Positions 9,507-19,224 of a stretch of 64,000 bases of DNA are shown here, piece after piece (position 1 is the stretch's first letter; each line of letters starts with the position of its first letter). The notes below the pieces were generated by a model. The model was not told the DNA's origin. It was given only the letters and a program-made list of their open reading frames with translations, and did not search any database. Source of the DNA: Tricharina praecox (Eukaryota); assembly GCF_024521635.1 (NCBI RefSeq), contig NW_026250420.1:372001-436000 (forward strand). The letters run 5' to 3'. The position numbers and the translations under genes are program-made.

Positions 9507-11101
9507 TTACGACACCGTCACGGGGGGCTCCTCCTTGGTCGTGGCTTCGTATCTCTTGCCGCGGAACGACCATACTCCCCAATTACCCTGCGAGAGATCC
9601 GTGGGGTCGGCACTGTTGCGTATTGTAAGCAGTCTACCATGGGAGTGTAGTGGAAGTCAAACTCACTCATTGATATCCCACCGCTGACTCTTGAACGCAT
9701 TCTCTCCCGGCTCCAGCAAGATATCGAACTCGCCCTTACACTTATCATGGACCCACTCGACATCACGGACCATATCGGTCTCGGTGTATCCAGTGCACAC
9801 GATGGGAAGTTTAGTCTCCAGCAGTTTCGGCAGGGTGTACTCCCACTCTGCCGCACTACCGGGGTGTCCGAGTCCAGGATGGAACAGGACGAAGCAGTCG
9901 AAGTACGGGTCGTAGGGAGCGAACGCGCCAGCGTCGTGAAGCGTGTGGAAGTACTCGACGAATGTCGAGATCTTCATGTGGTAGGATATGCGCTCAGATA
10001 GTGCGCCAAAGGGGTTGGAGGAAGTGCGGTCCGGGAGGGGGTACTCGGCTTCCCTGCCTTTCATGGACTCCGGACCGATGAAGATCAGGTGGAAGGTGGA
10101 GCGCGGGAACATGTAGGCTAGCTGGTACCAGACGTCACGGGGGAGCGAGGACTCGGCGCGTGCTCCAAGGATAAACAGGCGGACGGGGGGAGGGGTGGTG
10201 CGGATGTTTTTGACGTCCTGACCAGCACCGGTTGCGGGCGGGTGGAGGGTGTAGCGGAGTGCTGGCGGTGGGTGTTATTAGTGAGGTGATTGCGTCATGG
10301 GGAAATTGCCATACCCGAAAAACTGCGCAGTCCCTCGTTCGTCATCCTGTGCCTGAGCGAGTATGGCGAGAGCTCATGGACGACACTGGCAATGGTGGTG
10401 GGGTAGGTAAGTAGCTTCGTAGCCTGGCGTAGCTGGCGGTCCTCGTCGATTGCCAGCGCCCCGCGCGTGTACAGGAACGTATCCCAATTAGTCATGTTCA
10501 CCAGCTGCTCTTCGATCTGCTCGCCAGGATGCTCAAACTCCGGGAAGAACCGGCCGGAACGGAGATCGTGCTCGTCCTCATTCGCTTCCTTGAGGGTGTC
10601 GCAGATGAGCAAGTGGTTCTCATAGTCCTCCGCCCAGTGCTCCTCCGAGCAGTACGTGGGAATACCGCAATCCGGACAAGTGAAGTTGATGTGCTTCGGC
10701 TCTGCGACATGAAGATGCTCCGCATGCGGGCAGTAAGCATTCGCTTTGATCCTCGCAGCACGTTCCCGGATCGCGGCGGATGGAGACTTGTCCCAGGCAT
10801 GGAAGAGGTTGTTCTGGCGGAGTAAAACCCGCGTGTTGTCGTCGCCCTCGAGCACTCCCGGTCCGATCTCGCGGGGGATCCTGTACGCAGGAGGGACGGG
10901 TGGGGGAACACCGCCGGCTGGTGGAGTTGGCGATGTATTGTCTCTCGGAGATTCGCCGACTGTCACGGAGCTTTGGTGTCGGCGAGCGAAGGCGGGATAC
11001 AACCGGTTGCTCGGGAGTGTCCGGCGCGCGGCTGGCCGCAGGAGATCAGATGGACGGAGGTGGGCTAGGCATCGTTGGGACGTAGCCCGGATTGACGCCA
11101 T
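9507..11101 (-). CDS. MSS51: Mitochondrial COX1 translation/assembly regulator Mss51 (3 exons; introns 10262-10314 and about 9613-9666)
   Basis: Arg-rich mitochondrial presequence; CP..H...CPDCGIPTYCSEEHW zinc finger; spliced LRSFSALRYTLHP, FILGARAESSLP, FHPGLGHP and NWGVWSFRGKRY motifs. Confidence 0.93.
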
Positions 11102-11266
11102 GATTCAGATATCGGATGGAGGTGAGTTTTCTGGAGGAGGTTGCTGTTGCTCACTTCGTCGTCTGGATGGGGGGACGTCGTAGTGGGGTGAGCTGTTGTC
11201 TGCTTCTCGCTATGATGTAGTCCGTCATAGGTGGAAGGTGGGATGATGATGTCGAGAGCCCGGCTG

Positions 11267-11278
11267 AGGGTTTAGGGT
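11267..11278. promoter_or_regulatory. Telobox-like motif (AGGGTTTAGGGT) in the MSS51/LHS1 divergent promoter
   Basis: TTAGGG-containing motif of the type bound by Tbf1-like Myb factors; function inferred only. Confidence 0.35.
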
Positions 11279-12214
11279 CATCCGAAGCGAGATGACTAAA
11301 AAAGCCGAAAACTTTTTTGCATTCACCTTCGTCTTCTCCGGATCAACTTCTCATCCTCACCATCACCATCATCACCACAGTCGCCAAACACCCCAGGACC
11401 ACCGCCCATTGCACGCCGGCGAGCAATCGACCACTCGACGCGGCGCTCTCTGCCAGCACCCATCCAGTGCCGTGTGTCTCGCTGTAGGATAAACAGTCTC
11501 TTGCCTCGCTCGATCGATTTTCTCCCATGAATTGATCTTGAGCTGGATACCTGCAATTGCCAATATTGAATTCGTTCATCAGGCTTTGCACGAGTATGGG
11601 ACGAGAGTGAACCCGACGCTTTTTGAGTACGGCCGTCTCTGGGAATTTCCCGATGTGGGACGATCGTAATTGTCGTTGGAACATGCACTACGAATACACA
11701 CTTTTTTTCTCTCGTTATGTTTGAATGATTCCTTGTTGGCCGTGACGATGACTATCCCCACCACCGCGAACAGTTCCAACTCTAATTCAATTCAATTGAG
11801 AGTTAACTTATTCCTGCTTCCTGTAAATAAACGCATCGCTGTGACTAAGACGTGAATGGTTGAGATGAGACATCTCTCGCCTCAGCAACCGTGAGCGTCT
11901 TGGCCCTGCAATCTGGCCTTTTTGGTGAGCATGGGCATCTAACTGCTTTAATTGTTGTTTTTACGTTTCCCGTCACAGAAACCAGCCAGACAGCTCCCAA
12001 GTGAAAGGAAAGAACAGCTGGCACCTTCACAACCCGCTTGAAATATTATTCCCCTGAGGTCGTGAACTCTTTTTGACTTCCTTCCACTTCCCCGCAGCTT
12101 CCGCAACCTTCATTTCAACCACCCCAAAGAACACAAAGAGCTGCGTTCCTTCTACAAGCATCCACCGCCACCACCTCCGGGAGTCCCGTTACAGCAACAC
12201 AACCTCACACCGCC

Positions 12215-14977
12215 ATGCGGTCAAAAATATCCAACGTAGCCTTGACAAGCTTGTTCATCCTGCTCGTCACGCAATACGCCTCCGCCGCCAGCGCAATCCT
12301 CGGAATCGACATTGGCCAGGAGTTCATCAAGGCAGCTCTGGTGAAGCCAGGAATCCCTCTCGAGATCGTGCTCACCAAAGACACCAAGCGCAAGGAAGCG
12401 TCCGCGATCGGCTTCAAGCCCGCCAACATCCCCGCGGCAGAGGGCGAGTTCGCTTTCCCAGAGCGCCTCTACGGCGCCGACGCGATCAATCTCGCCGGCC
12501 GCTTCCCGAATGATGTCTACCCCAACCTCAAACAGCTGCTGGGGAAGATGGCAATCGACGATGCGGTAGCTGCCTACTCGGGGCACCACCCGTCACTAGA
12601 GATCCTCCCGTCGCCGGAACAGAACACCGTCGCGTTCAAGAGCAAGAGCTCGCCCAAAAACGGAGTGTTCACGGTCGAGCAGTTGTTGGCGATGCAGTTG
12701 AAGGCGATTGTTGCGCAGGCGCAGGCTATGGCCGGGACGGGAGCGGCTCCCATCAAGGACGTGGTGTTTACGGTTCCGACTTTCTTTTTGGCCGAGGAGA
12801 AATATGCGCTCACGCTTGCCGCGGAGCTAGCGAAATTGAATGTTATGGGGTTCGTCTCGGACGGTTTGGCGGTCGGCCTCAACTATGCTACTTCACGGAC
12901 CTTTGACGAGAAGACTCCGGAATACCATATCGTCTACGATATGGGCGCTGGATCAACAACGGCTTCGGTGCTGCGCTTCCAGGCAAAGACTGTAAAGGAC
13001 GGTCGGTTCAAGAAGACTGTGCAGGAGGTGTCGGTGTTGGGTGTCGGATTTGACCGGACTCTGGGAGGTGACCTGTTCAACGAGAAGATGGTGGACCTCC
13101 TGGCAGCGGACTTTGTTGGGAGCAAGAAGGGCCAGAAGGCACTTGCGTCGGCGGAAGACCCCAATAGGACCCTTCGCCTGAATGGACGGGCAGCAGCCAA
13201 GCTCTGGCGTGAAGCTACTCGTTCCCGTCAGATCCTTTCGGCGAATACAGAGACATTTTCCTCAGTGGAGTCGCTGTACGAGGACGTTGACTTCCGCTCG
13301 GGGAAGCTCACGCGTGCTCAATTCGAGGACGCTATCAAGGAGTACGAGCCACGTATTACGAGGCCCATTTTGGATGCCCTCGACAAGGCGGGTATCTCGC
13401 TGGACATGGTCAACACCATCATCTTGCACGGTGGTGCTGTCCGCACACCATTCGTGGGGAAGAAGCTCGAGGAGATCGTCGGAGGGCCCGAGAGGATCAG
13501 CAAGAACGTCAACCCCGATGAATCCGCCGTTTTTGGAGCCACCTTTAAGGGTGCCGGTGAAAGCGGAAGCTTCAAGGTCAAGGATATCGAGACTCACGAT
13601 ATCAACCCCTACGGTGTAAGCGTCAACTACCTCAAGTCCGAGAAGGCTGCCAAGGAAACGAAACAAACCATCTTCGCTCCTGGATCAGTAATAGGCAAGG
13701 AGAAGATCATTCAGTTCCCACATAAGCAGGATTTCGAGTTCGAAGTTGTCCATAACTTGCCACCCCGTCCCACTGACCCCAGGCAGCTCGTCGGCCTCGA
13801 AATGCTGTGGGATGTCAAGAGCACCAATGTCACCGATTCCGTCAAGAAGCTTCAGGATGATTTTAAGTGCACTGAGAAGGCTATCTCCACTCATTTCGCC
13901 ATCACCATTGCAAAGAAGGACGGCATCCCCATTGTCTCCAAGGGTTGGGTCGAGTGCGAGGTTGAAGTTCCCGAGGAGAAGAAGGGCATCGTAGATGGTG
14001 TCAAGAAGGCGTTTGGCTTCGGAAAGGATAAGGACTCATCATCCTCCTCATCGTCATCCTCGTCGTCCTCGTCCACATCCTCCTCCTCCAGCACCAGCAC
14101 TACAACCACCGGAGCCGCTTCCACAACCCCCGAAGCCGCTCCCAAGCTGATTAAGAAGACGCAACGCATCCCGGTCGCATTCACCACCAACAAGGCGGGC
14201 ATTCCCTTCCTCTCGCCCGCCGCCAAGACCGCGCTCAAGGGCGAAATCACCTCCTTCGACACCTACGACAAGAACCGGCGCGCGATTGAGGAAGCCCGCA
14301 ACGAGCTCGAAGCCTTCACGTACAAGACGCGCGAGCTCCTGTACAACGACGCGTTTGTCCTCTCATCGACTGAGGAGATCCGCACGAAGCTCACCACGCT
14401 CCTCGACGAAGCGGGCGACTGGCTCTACGGCGACGGCGCACAAGCCCCTCTCGCCGACGTCCGTGCCAAGCTCCAGAGCCTCAAGGACATCGAGGCGCCC
14501 ATCTCCGTGCGCAAGAACGAACACGAAGTCCGTCCCGCCCTCGTCAAGCTGATGCGCAAGAGTCTCGACCAGGGCCGTGTTCTCCTCGGTGCCCTCCGCA
14601 GCGTCCCCGCTGAGGATGAGTCCCTGAAGTACACCGATGAGGAGATCGCGGAGCTCACTAAGCAGCATGATGATGCCGAGACTTGGCTCAACGACATGGA
14701 GAAGAAGCAGGAGGCCCTGGCGGGACATGAGGAGCCCGTGCTCACTATCAAGGAGCTGAACGCGCGTACGGATAAGTTGGAGAAAGTGGTCATGGAGGCG
14801 ATCCAGGCCAAGAGCCGTGCCACCGAGGAGCTGAAAAAGAGGAAGGCAAAGGAGGAGCGCGAGAGGAAGAAGAAGGAGAAGGAGGAGGAGAAGAAGAAGG
14901 CTGAGGAGGAGAAGAAGAGTGAGGACGAGAAGGCTGAGACCGAGACTGGCAAGCCAGAGGTTAAGGATGAGTTGTAG
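12215..14977 (+). CDS. LHS1: ER lumenal Hsp70 nucleotide-exchange chaperone Lhs1/Grp170 (920 aa)
   Basis: Signal peptide; ILGIDIGQEFIKAALVKPGIPLEIVLTKDTKRKE, YDMGAGSTTA, LGGDLF, GGAVRTPFV and NVNPDESAVFGA motifs; C-terminal KDEL. Confidence 0.96.
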   Translation: MRSKISNVALTSLFILLVTQYASAASAILGIDIGQEFIKAALVKPGIPLEIVLTKDTKRKEASAIGFKPANIPAAEGEFAFPERLYGADAINLAGRFPNDVYPNLKQLLGKMAIDDAVAAYSGHHPSLEILPSPEQNTVAFKSKSSPKNGVFTVEQLLAMQLKAIVAQAQAMAGTGAAPIKDVVFTVPTFFLAEEKYALTLAAELAKLNVMGFVSDGLAVGLNYATSRTFDEKTPEYHIVYDMGAGSTTASVLRFQAKTVKDGRFKKTVQEVSVLGVGFDRTLGGDLFNEKMVDLLAADFVGSKKGQKALASAEDPNRTLRLNGRAAAKLWREATRSRQILSANTETFSSVESLYEDVDFRSGKLTRAQFEDAIKEYEPRITRPILDALDKAGISLDMVNTIILHGGAVRTPFVGKKLEEIVGGPERISKNVNPDESAVFGATFKGAGESGSFKVKDIETHDINPYGVSVNYLKSEKAAKETKQTIFAPGSVIGKEKIIQFPHKQDFEFEVVHNLPPRPTDPRQLVGLEMLWDVKSTNVTDSVKKLQDDFKCTEKAISTHFAITIAKKDGIPIVSKGWVECEVEVPEEKKGIVDGVKKAFGFGKDKDSSSSSSSSSSSSSTSSSSSTSTTTTGAASTTPEAAPKLIKKTQRIPVAFTTNKAGIPFLSPAAKTALKGEITSFDTYDKNRRAIEEARNELEAFTYKTRELLYNDAFVLSSTEEIRTKLTTLLDEAGDWLYGDGAQAPLADVRAKLQSLKDIEAPISVRKNEHEVRPALVKLMRKSLDQGRVLLGALRSVPAEDESLKYTDEEIAELTKQHDDAETWLNDMEKKQEALAGHEEPVLTIKELNARTDKLEKVVMEAIQAKSRATEELKKRKAKEERERKKKEKEEEKKKAEEEKKSEDEKAETETGKPEVKDEL

Positions 14978-15711
14978 ATGGTGGAGGTGACACTTGTACG
15001 CTAGATTTACGGTTTGGTTTTATGTTGGCGCTTTTGCTATTGATCTGATTTTTACACTACATATATGCGAGACAGATGGAGACATCAGATCATGTTCCTT
15101 GAGTGACATCGTGTGCAATCCGTAGTACCTGGTCGTCCGTCGAAGTGCACATGCCCAGGCTAATCAACCCGCTCGGCCCGAAAGAGAGGGAGGAAAGGTG
15201 ACCATAGGTAATGCCCGCAATCCGGAGCCCGGAGTTTCACATGCGGAGTTCCGGGCTGTGCCTTCGGGATCCGGGTGTGGTACGGAGCAGAGTGGTCTGA
15301 GGTAGGTCACTCAGCCTGGAGTCTGAGCCTGGCTTCGCTTCCCCCGGCGTCCTGTAGACGAAGAAAGCTCGTATCTAGGAGATAGAGTACACTGTAGTTA
15401 CAACTTAGAGTCATGACGTGGGTCGACATGAGGGAAGGATGAACTCATTGCGATAGTAGGCGTGGTTTTGTTTCTAAGCTGTATCGAGAGTTTGTGAATG
15501 GCTTGGGCGGTTTGGCTTTGGCTTTTTTAGTCTGTGGGGAGAGTTGTGGTGTCATGAATGGCCACTTGAGATGTGTTCCTATGTAAACATGTACTCGGTA
15601 TGTTTTGTCTCGATCGACAATAGGTAATTGCCAATTGAGGCCCATCTCCGTCTCCATCTCCAGCGACCAATACGGTACGAGCACACTGGGTACGCCCTGC
15701 CGAGCCACGAC

Positions 15712-15841
15712 CCTCGGCACAACGTCTGCAGGTGAGATCAGCACGCCAAACTTCCCCACCATCCACCGGCGCAAGCTGCAAGCCTACATGGCCGGGGAGG
15801 GCGGCTGTGGGGTGATCATCCACATGCGGTAACTGCCTCGG
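15712..15841. promoter_or_regulatory. Two CCTCGG (FarA/FarB-type fatty-acid induction) motifs
   Basis: CCTCGG at 15712-15717 and 15836-15841, upstream of a peroxisomal acyl-CoA dehydrogenase; CCGAGG is the known FarA/B core in Aspergillus. Confidence 0.45.
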
Positions 15842-16021
15842 CCCCCCCTTCGCTCCACAAGCCTCCCTCACCTGTGACGGGTACCGTACTACCGTGTCCC
15901 GTACTATTGCCGGATTGATAACGATGGGGAATCCCCCGGATCCTCTCCTCTCGTCAAAATACACACCTGCATCATACACACACGAAGAAAGAAAGAAGCA
16001 GAAAAAAAGAAAGAAATTATA

Positions 16022-17584
16022 ATGTCGCTGCTTAACATCCCGCCGCTCGTTGCCGATAAGATCTCGCCGTATGCGAAGGAGCTGCTGCAGAAGGTGCGCG
16101 CGCGCAGTGCGAACTCCGGGATGGAATGGGACGCGGATGATGTTGATGATGACGACGATGCTGATGATGTGTGCGGCTATAGGTCGAGGCGTTTATCGAG
16201 GAAGAATGTAACTATTCACAAAGCTGGGCTCGAGAGGCAACTGCTGACGAACCGTCCGTCCTCCAGGTCAGCCGGCCGAGAAGATCCTCGATGCGCAGAT
16301 GCCCAGCGACCCGCGTCAACGGTTCCTGAACACATACCCGAAGATCATCGACACGCTCAAGACGAAAGCGAAGGCTTGGGGACTATGGAATCTTTTCCTG
16401 TCGAACATCCACTACCGCGAGGGTGTTGCTCTCTCGAATCTCGAGTATGCACTCATGGCGGAGATGCTGGGGCGCTGCCACATCGCCTCCGAGGCGATGA
16501 ACTGCTCTGCACCTGATACCGGGAACATGGAGACGATCGCGAAATACGGAAATGACGCGCAGAAGAAGCAGTGGTTGACGCCGCTGCTGAATGGCGACAT
16601 CCGCTCGGCGTTCGTGATGACCGAGCGCTTCGCCGCCTCGTCCGATGCGAAGAACATCAACCTCGAGATCAGGCGCGACGGGAATGAATACATCCTCAAC
16701 GGCACGAAGTGGTGGTCGTCTGGGGCTGGGGACCCCAGATGTAAACTATACCTCGTCATGGGGAAATCCGACGCACAGAACGCAGACCCGTACAAACAAC
16801 AGTCCGTCGTCCTCGTCCCCCACGATACCCCCGGCGTCACCGTTGAGCGTGCGCTCAGCGTCTTCGGCTACGACGATGCCCCACACGGCCACTGCGAAAT
16901 CAGCTTCAAGAACGTTCGCGTCCCGGTCTCCAACATCCTGCTCGGCGAGGGCCGCGGATTCGAGATCATCCAGGGACGTCTAGGCCCCGGCCGAATCCAC
17001 CACTGCATGCGCTCCATCGGTGTGGCGTCTGTCGCCCTCGACCTCATGATCCTCCGCATCAGTGATCCCTCGCGGATGACGTTTGGAAAGGTCCTTTCGC
17101 AGCACGGCACAATCCTGGACTGGGTTGCGAAGTCGCGCCTCGAGATCGATGCTGGCCGTCTGTTGGTGCTTAATGCGGCCGACCAGATCGACCGCACCGA
17201 CGCAAAGGGCGCAATGAAGGATATCTCCATGGCGAAGATCTATGTGCCCTCAATGGCCCTCGGTGTTATCGATAGAGCCATTCAGGCCCATGGTGCCGCC
17301 GGTGTCTGTCAGGACTTTCCCCTGGCGAGGATGTGGGCACATATGAGGACCATTAGGATCGCGGATGGACCTGATGAGGTCCACCTTAACCAGCTGGGTA
17401 GGGTGGAGATGAAGAGAGTTGCAGAGCTGTTAGTATTCACTTATCCCGCAATTGTTTGGCTACATGACTGACGAGATTTTGCAGGCGGGAGACATTCGAG
17501 CTGAGGGCGAAGAGGACGGAGAAGCTGATGACCGAGCTCGGGGTTAAGGCGCGTGATCACCTGGACCTCACGTCGAAGTTGTAG
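16022..17584 (+). CDS. Peroxisomal acyl-CoA dehydrogenase, ACAD10/11-like (introns 16094-16182, 16208-16266, 17429-17484)
   Basis: GLWNLFL, NCSAPDTGNME, SAFVMTE..ASSDA.N, LNG.KWWSSGAG, GRLGPGRIHHCMR, QAHG, RIADGPDEVH; spliced last exon ends in the PTS1 signal SKL. Confidence 0.93.
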
Positions 17585-17942
17585 GCGCATGTTTTCGTCC
17601 GTGTATTTTGTTATGATATCATGTTTTCCTTCTGGGTGGTCAATTCATCAATGAATTTATCAGAGCTATGTAGAAAAGTCACTGGTGATTTCGCTTGATC
17701 TCAGTCCTGTTGTCGGCCAACCATGAATCAAGCCTAGCTCAATTCAGAGTCGCGAAAGCACGTGGCACCTTGATGTCCCACGTCTCCCACCGAGTCCCAT
17801 TCCAAGGAACTCCCACCCCTCGGCTCCCAGCACCCCAACTTCCCAACCCCACCACACACCACCACCACAACTTAAACACACTTCACCCCACCACAACAAC
17901 TGTCTTCATCCTTCAGCAAAATAACCCAAAAACACGCCCACA

Positions 17943-18458
17943 ATGGCCCAAACCACGCCCCGCAAGCGCCAAAACCTCTCCACCAACCAAGCGTCGATCA
18001 CAACCTTCTTCAAGCCGGCGCACACCGGGCTGAGCGGCGCCCCGCTGTCCGACACCATCCAGTCCGGCCTGCTCTCGGTCGGCATGCGTATCCGCAAGTC
18101 CGTTCCCGAGGGCTACAAGTCCGGCACCTACGCCTTCAATAAGCACCTCCCGTCGACGGGCATTCTTACCCCGCCGTCGTCGCAGGAGTCGGTCTCGTCC
18201 GTCTCCACCTCCACCTCCACCGGCTCGCCGAGGAAGAAGCGCGCTTTGGAGGCCGACGAGAGAAGGAAGCCAATGCCCCCCGTCAGCAGCATCAATGCCT
18301 GGGCCCGCTCCGTCAAGGTCCCGACTGGTCCCGCCGGAAAGAAGAAGGGCTCCTCCAGCTTCTATCAGGCCGTCGAGCGCAAGGATATCATGTTGAAGGG
18401 CGAGGAGGATTTTGACGAGGCGGAGTTTTTGAAGCCCGTCGATGAGATGGAGGAGTAA
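17943..18458 (+). CDS. Spd1/Dif1-type ribonucleotide reductase inhibitor (171 aa)
   Basis: LLSVGMRIRKSVPEGYK motif, N-terminal PIP-box-like QASITTFF, acidic C-terminal EEDFDEAEFL; CGCGAAA cell-cycle box at 17751. Confidence 0.8.
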   Translation: MAQTTPRKRQNLSTNQASITTFFKPAHTGLSGAPLSDTIQSGLLSVGMRIRKSVPEGYKSGTYAFNKHLPSTGILTPPSSQESVSSVSTSTSTGSPRKKRALEADERRKPMPPVSSINAWARSVKVPTGPAGKKKGSSSFYQAVERKDIMLKGEEDFDEAEFLKPVDEMEE

Positions 18459-19224
18459 CTAGGCCACTTTTTTCTTTTTCTTTTTCGCGGCTGTGTTTAC
18501 GGATTGTTACCACGGCAACGATGATGCGAACGGACAAATTTTCCTTTTCCTTTCTTTCTCTTTTTTTTTGTGTGGAGGGGCATGGGGGGATGGAATATGA
18601 AAGGCTTGATCATGTTGACAGGCTGGCTTGTTATCATCGAGTTGATTTACTTCGAGCTGTACTGTAGTTTCTGACGAGTTTGTGTGGTGTTCTGCTTTCT
18701 TTTTGTCTTTTTTCGCTACGGTTATTGGGGTCTTTTGACAATACCGGTTTTTTTGAGTTTCGCTTTCGCGCATGGGAATGTGGATTTGAGGACAGCTTTT
18801 CCTTTGTATTCGACGATTTGCGAGTACGTTGGCATGATCTGTACTCTAATCACTGCAATCCAAATCCATACTGGCGCCGTGTGGTTAATTTTTCGCAATG
18901 TTCTTCGTTCGCAGAGAAGCTTCAATTTTCTGACGATAATGAAAACTCAAATTTTTGTAGGATTCCGCGATGTTCGGGAAGGGATGGAGGAATGTCTATG
19001 GGAGTGATGGAACAGTTGTAGATACTCGCGGACTCTTCAGCCATAGTAGAGTTCGGAACGAACACGATTGTGAATGCGTCGCACGGGATATCACCGACGC
19101 GGCTTAGTTTAGCGTGTGTTGCACGGCGTTTTTAGTTTAACTTCTCGAGAATTTTCCGCCTCATCCCACCCTCCGCCATATCACGACCACCGACATTCTT
19201 GGAACTCGGTATCAATCCAACACC

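Noticed and set aside
11267..11278. Telomerase RNA template (ACCCTAAACCCT on the minus strand)
   Set aside because: That strand runs into the MSS51 leader within about 170 nt; better explained as a promoter telobox
11530..11560. TPP riboswitch-like CTTGAGCTGGATACC
   Set aside because: Lacks the CUGAGA and AAU-CCAGCG-AG elements, and the neighbouring genes are unrelated to thiamine
12040..12058. C/D snoRNA guide (TATTATTCC-C-CTGA, complementary to an 18S GGAAUAAUA)
   Set aside because: Only about 9 nt of complementarity and no convincing box C upstream
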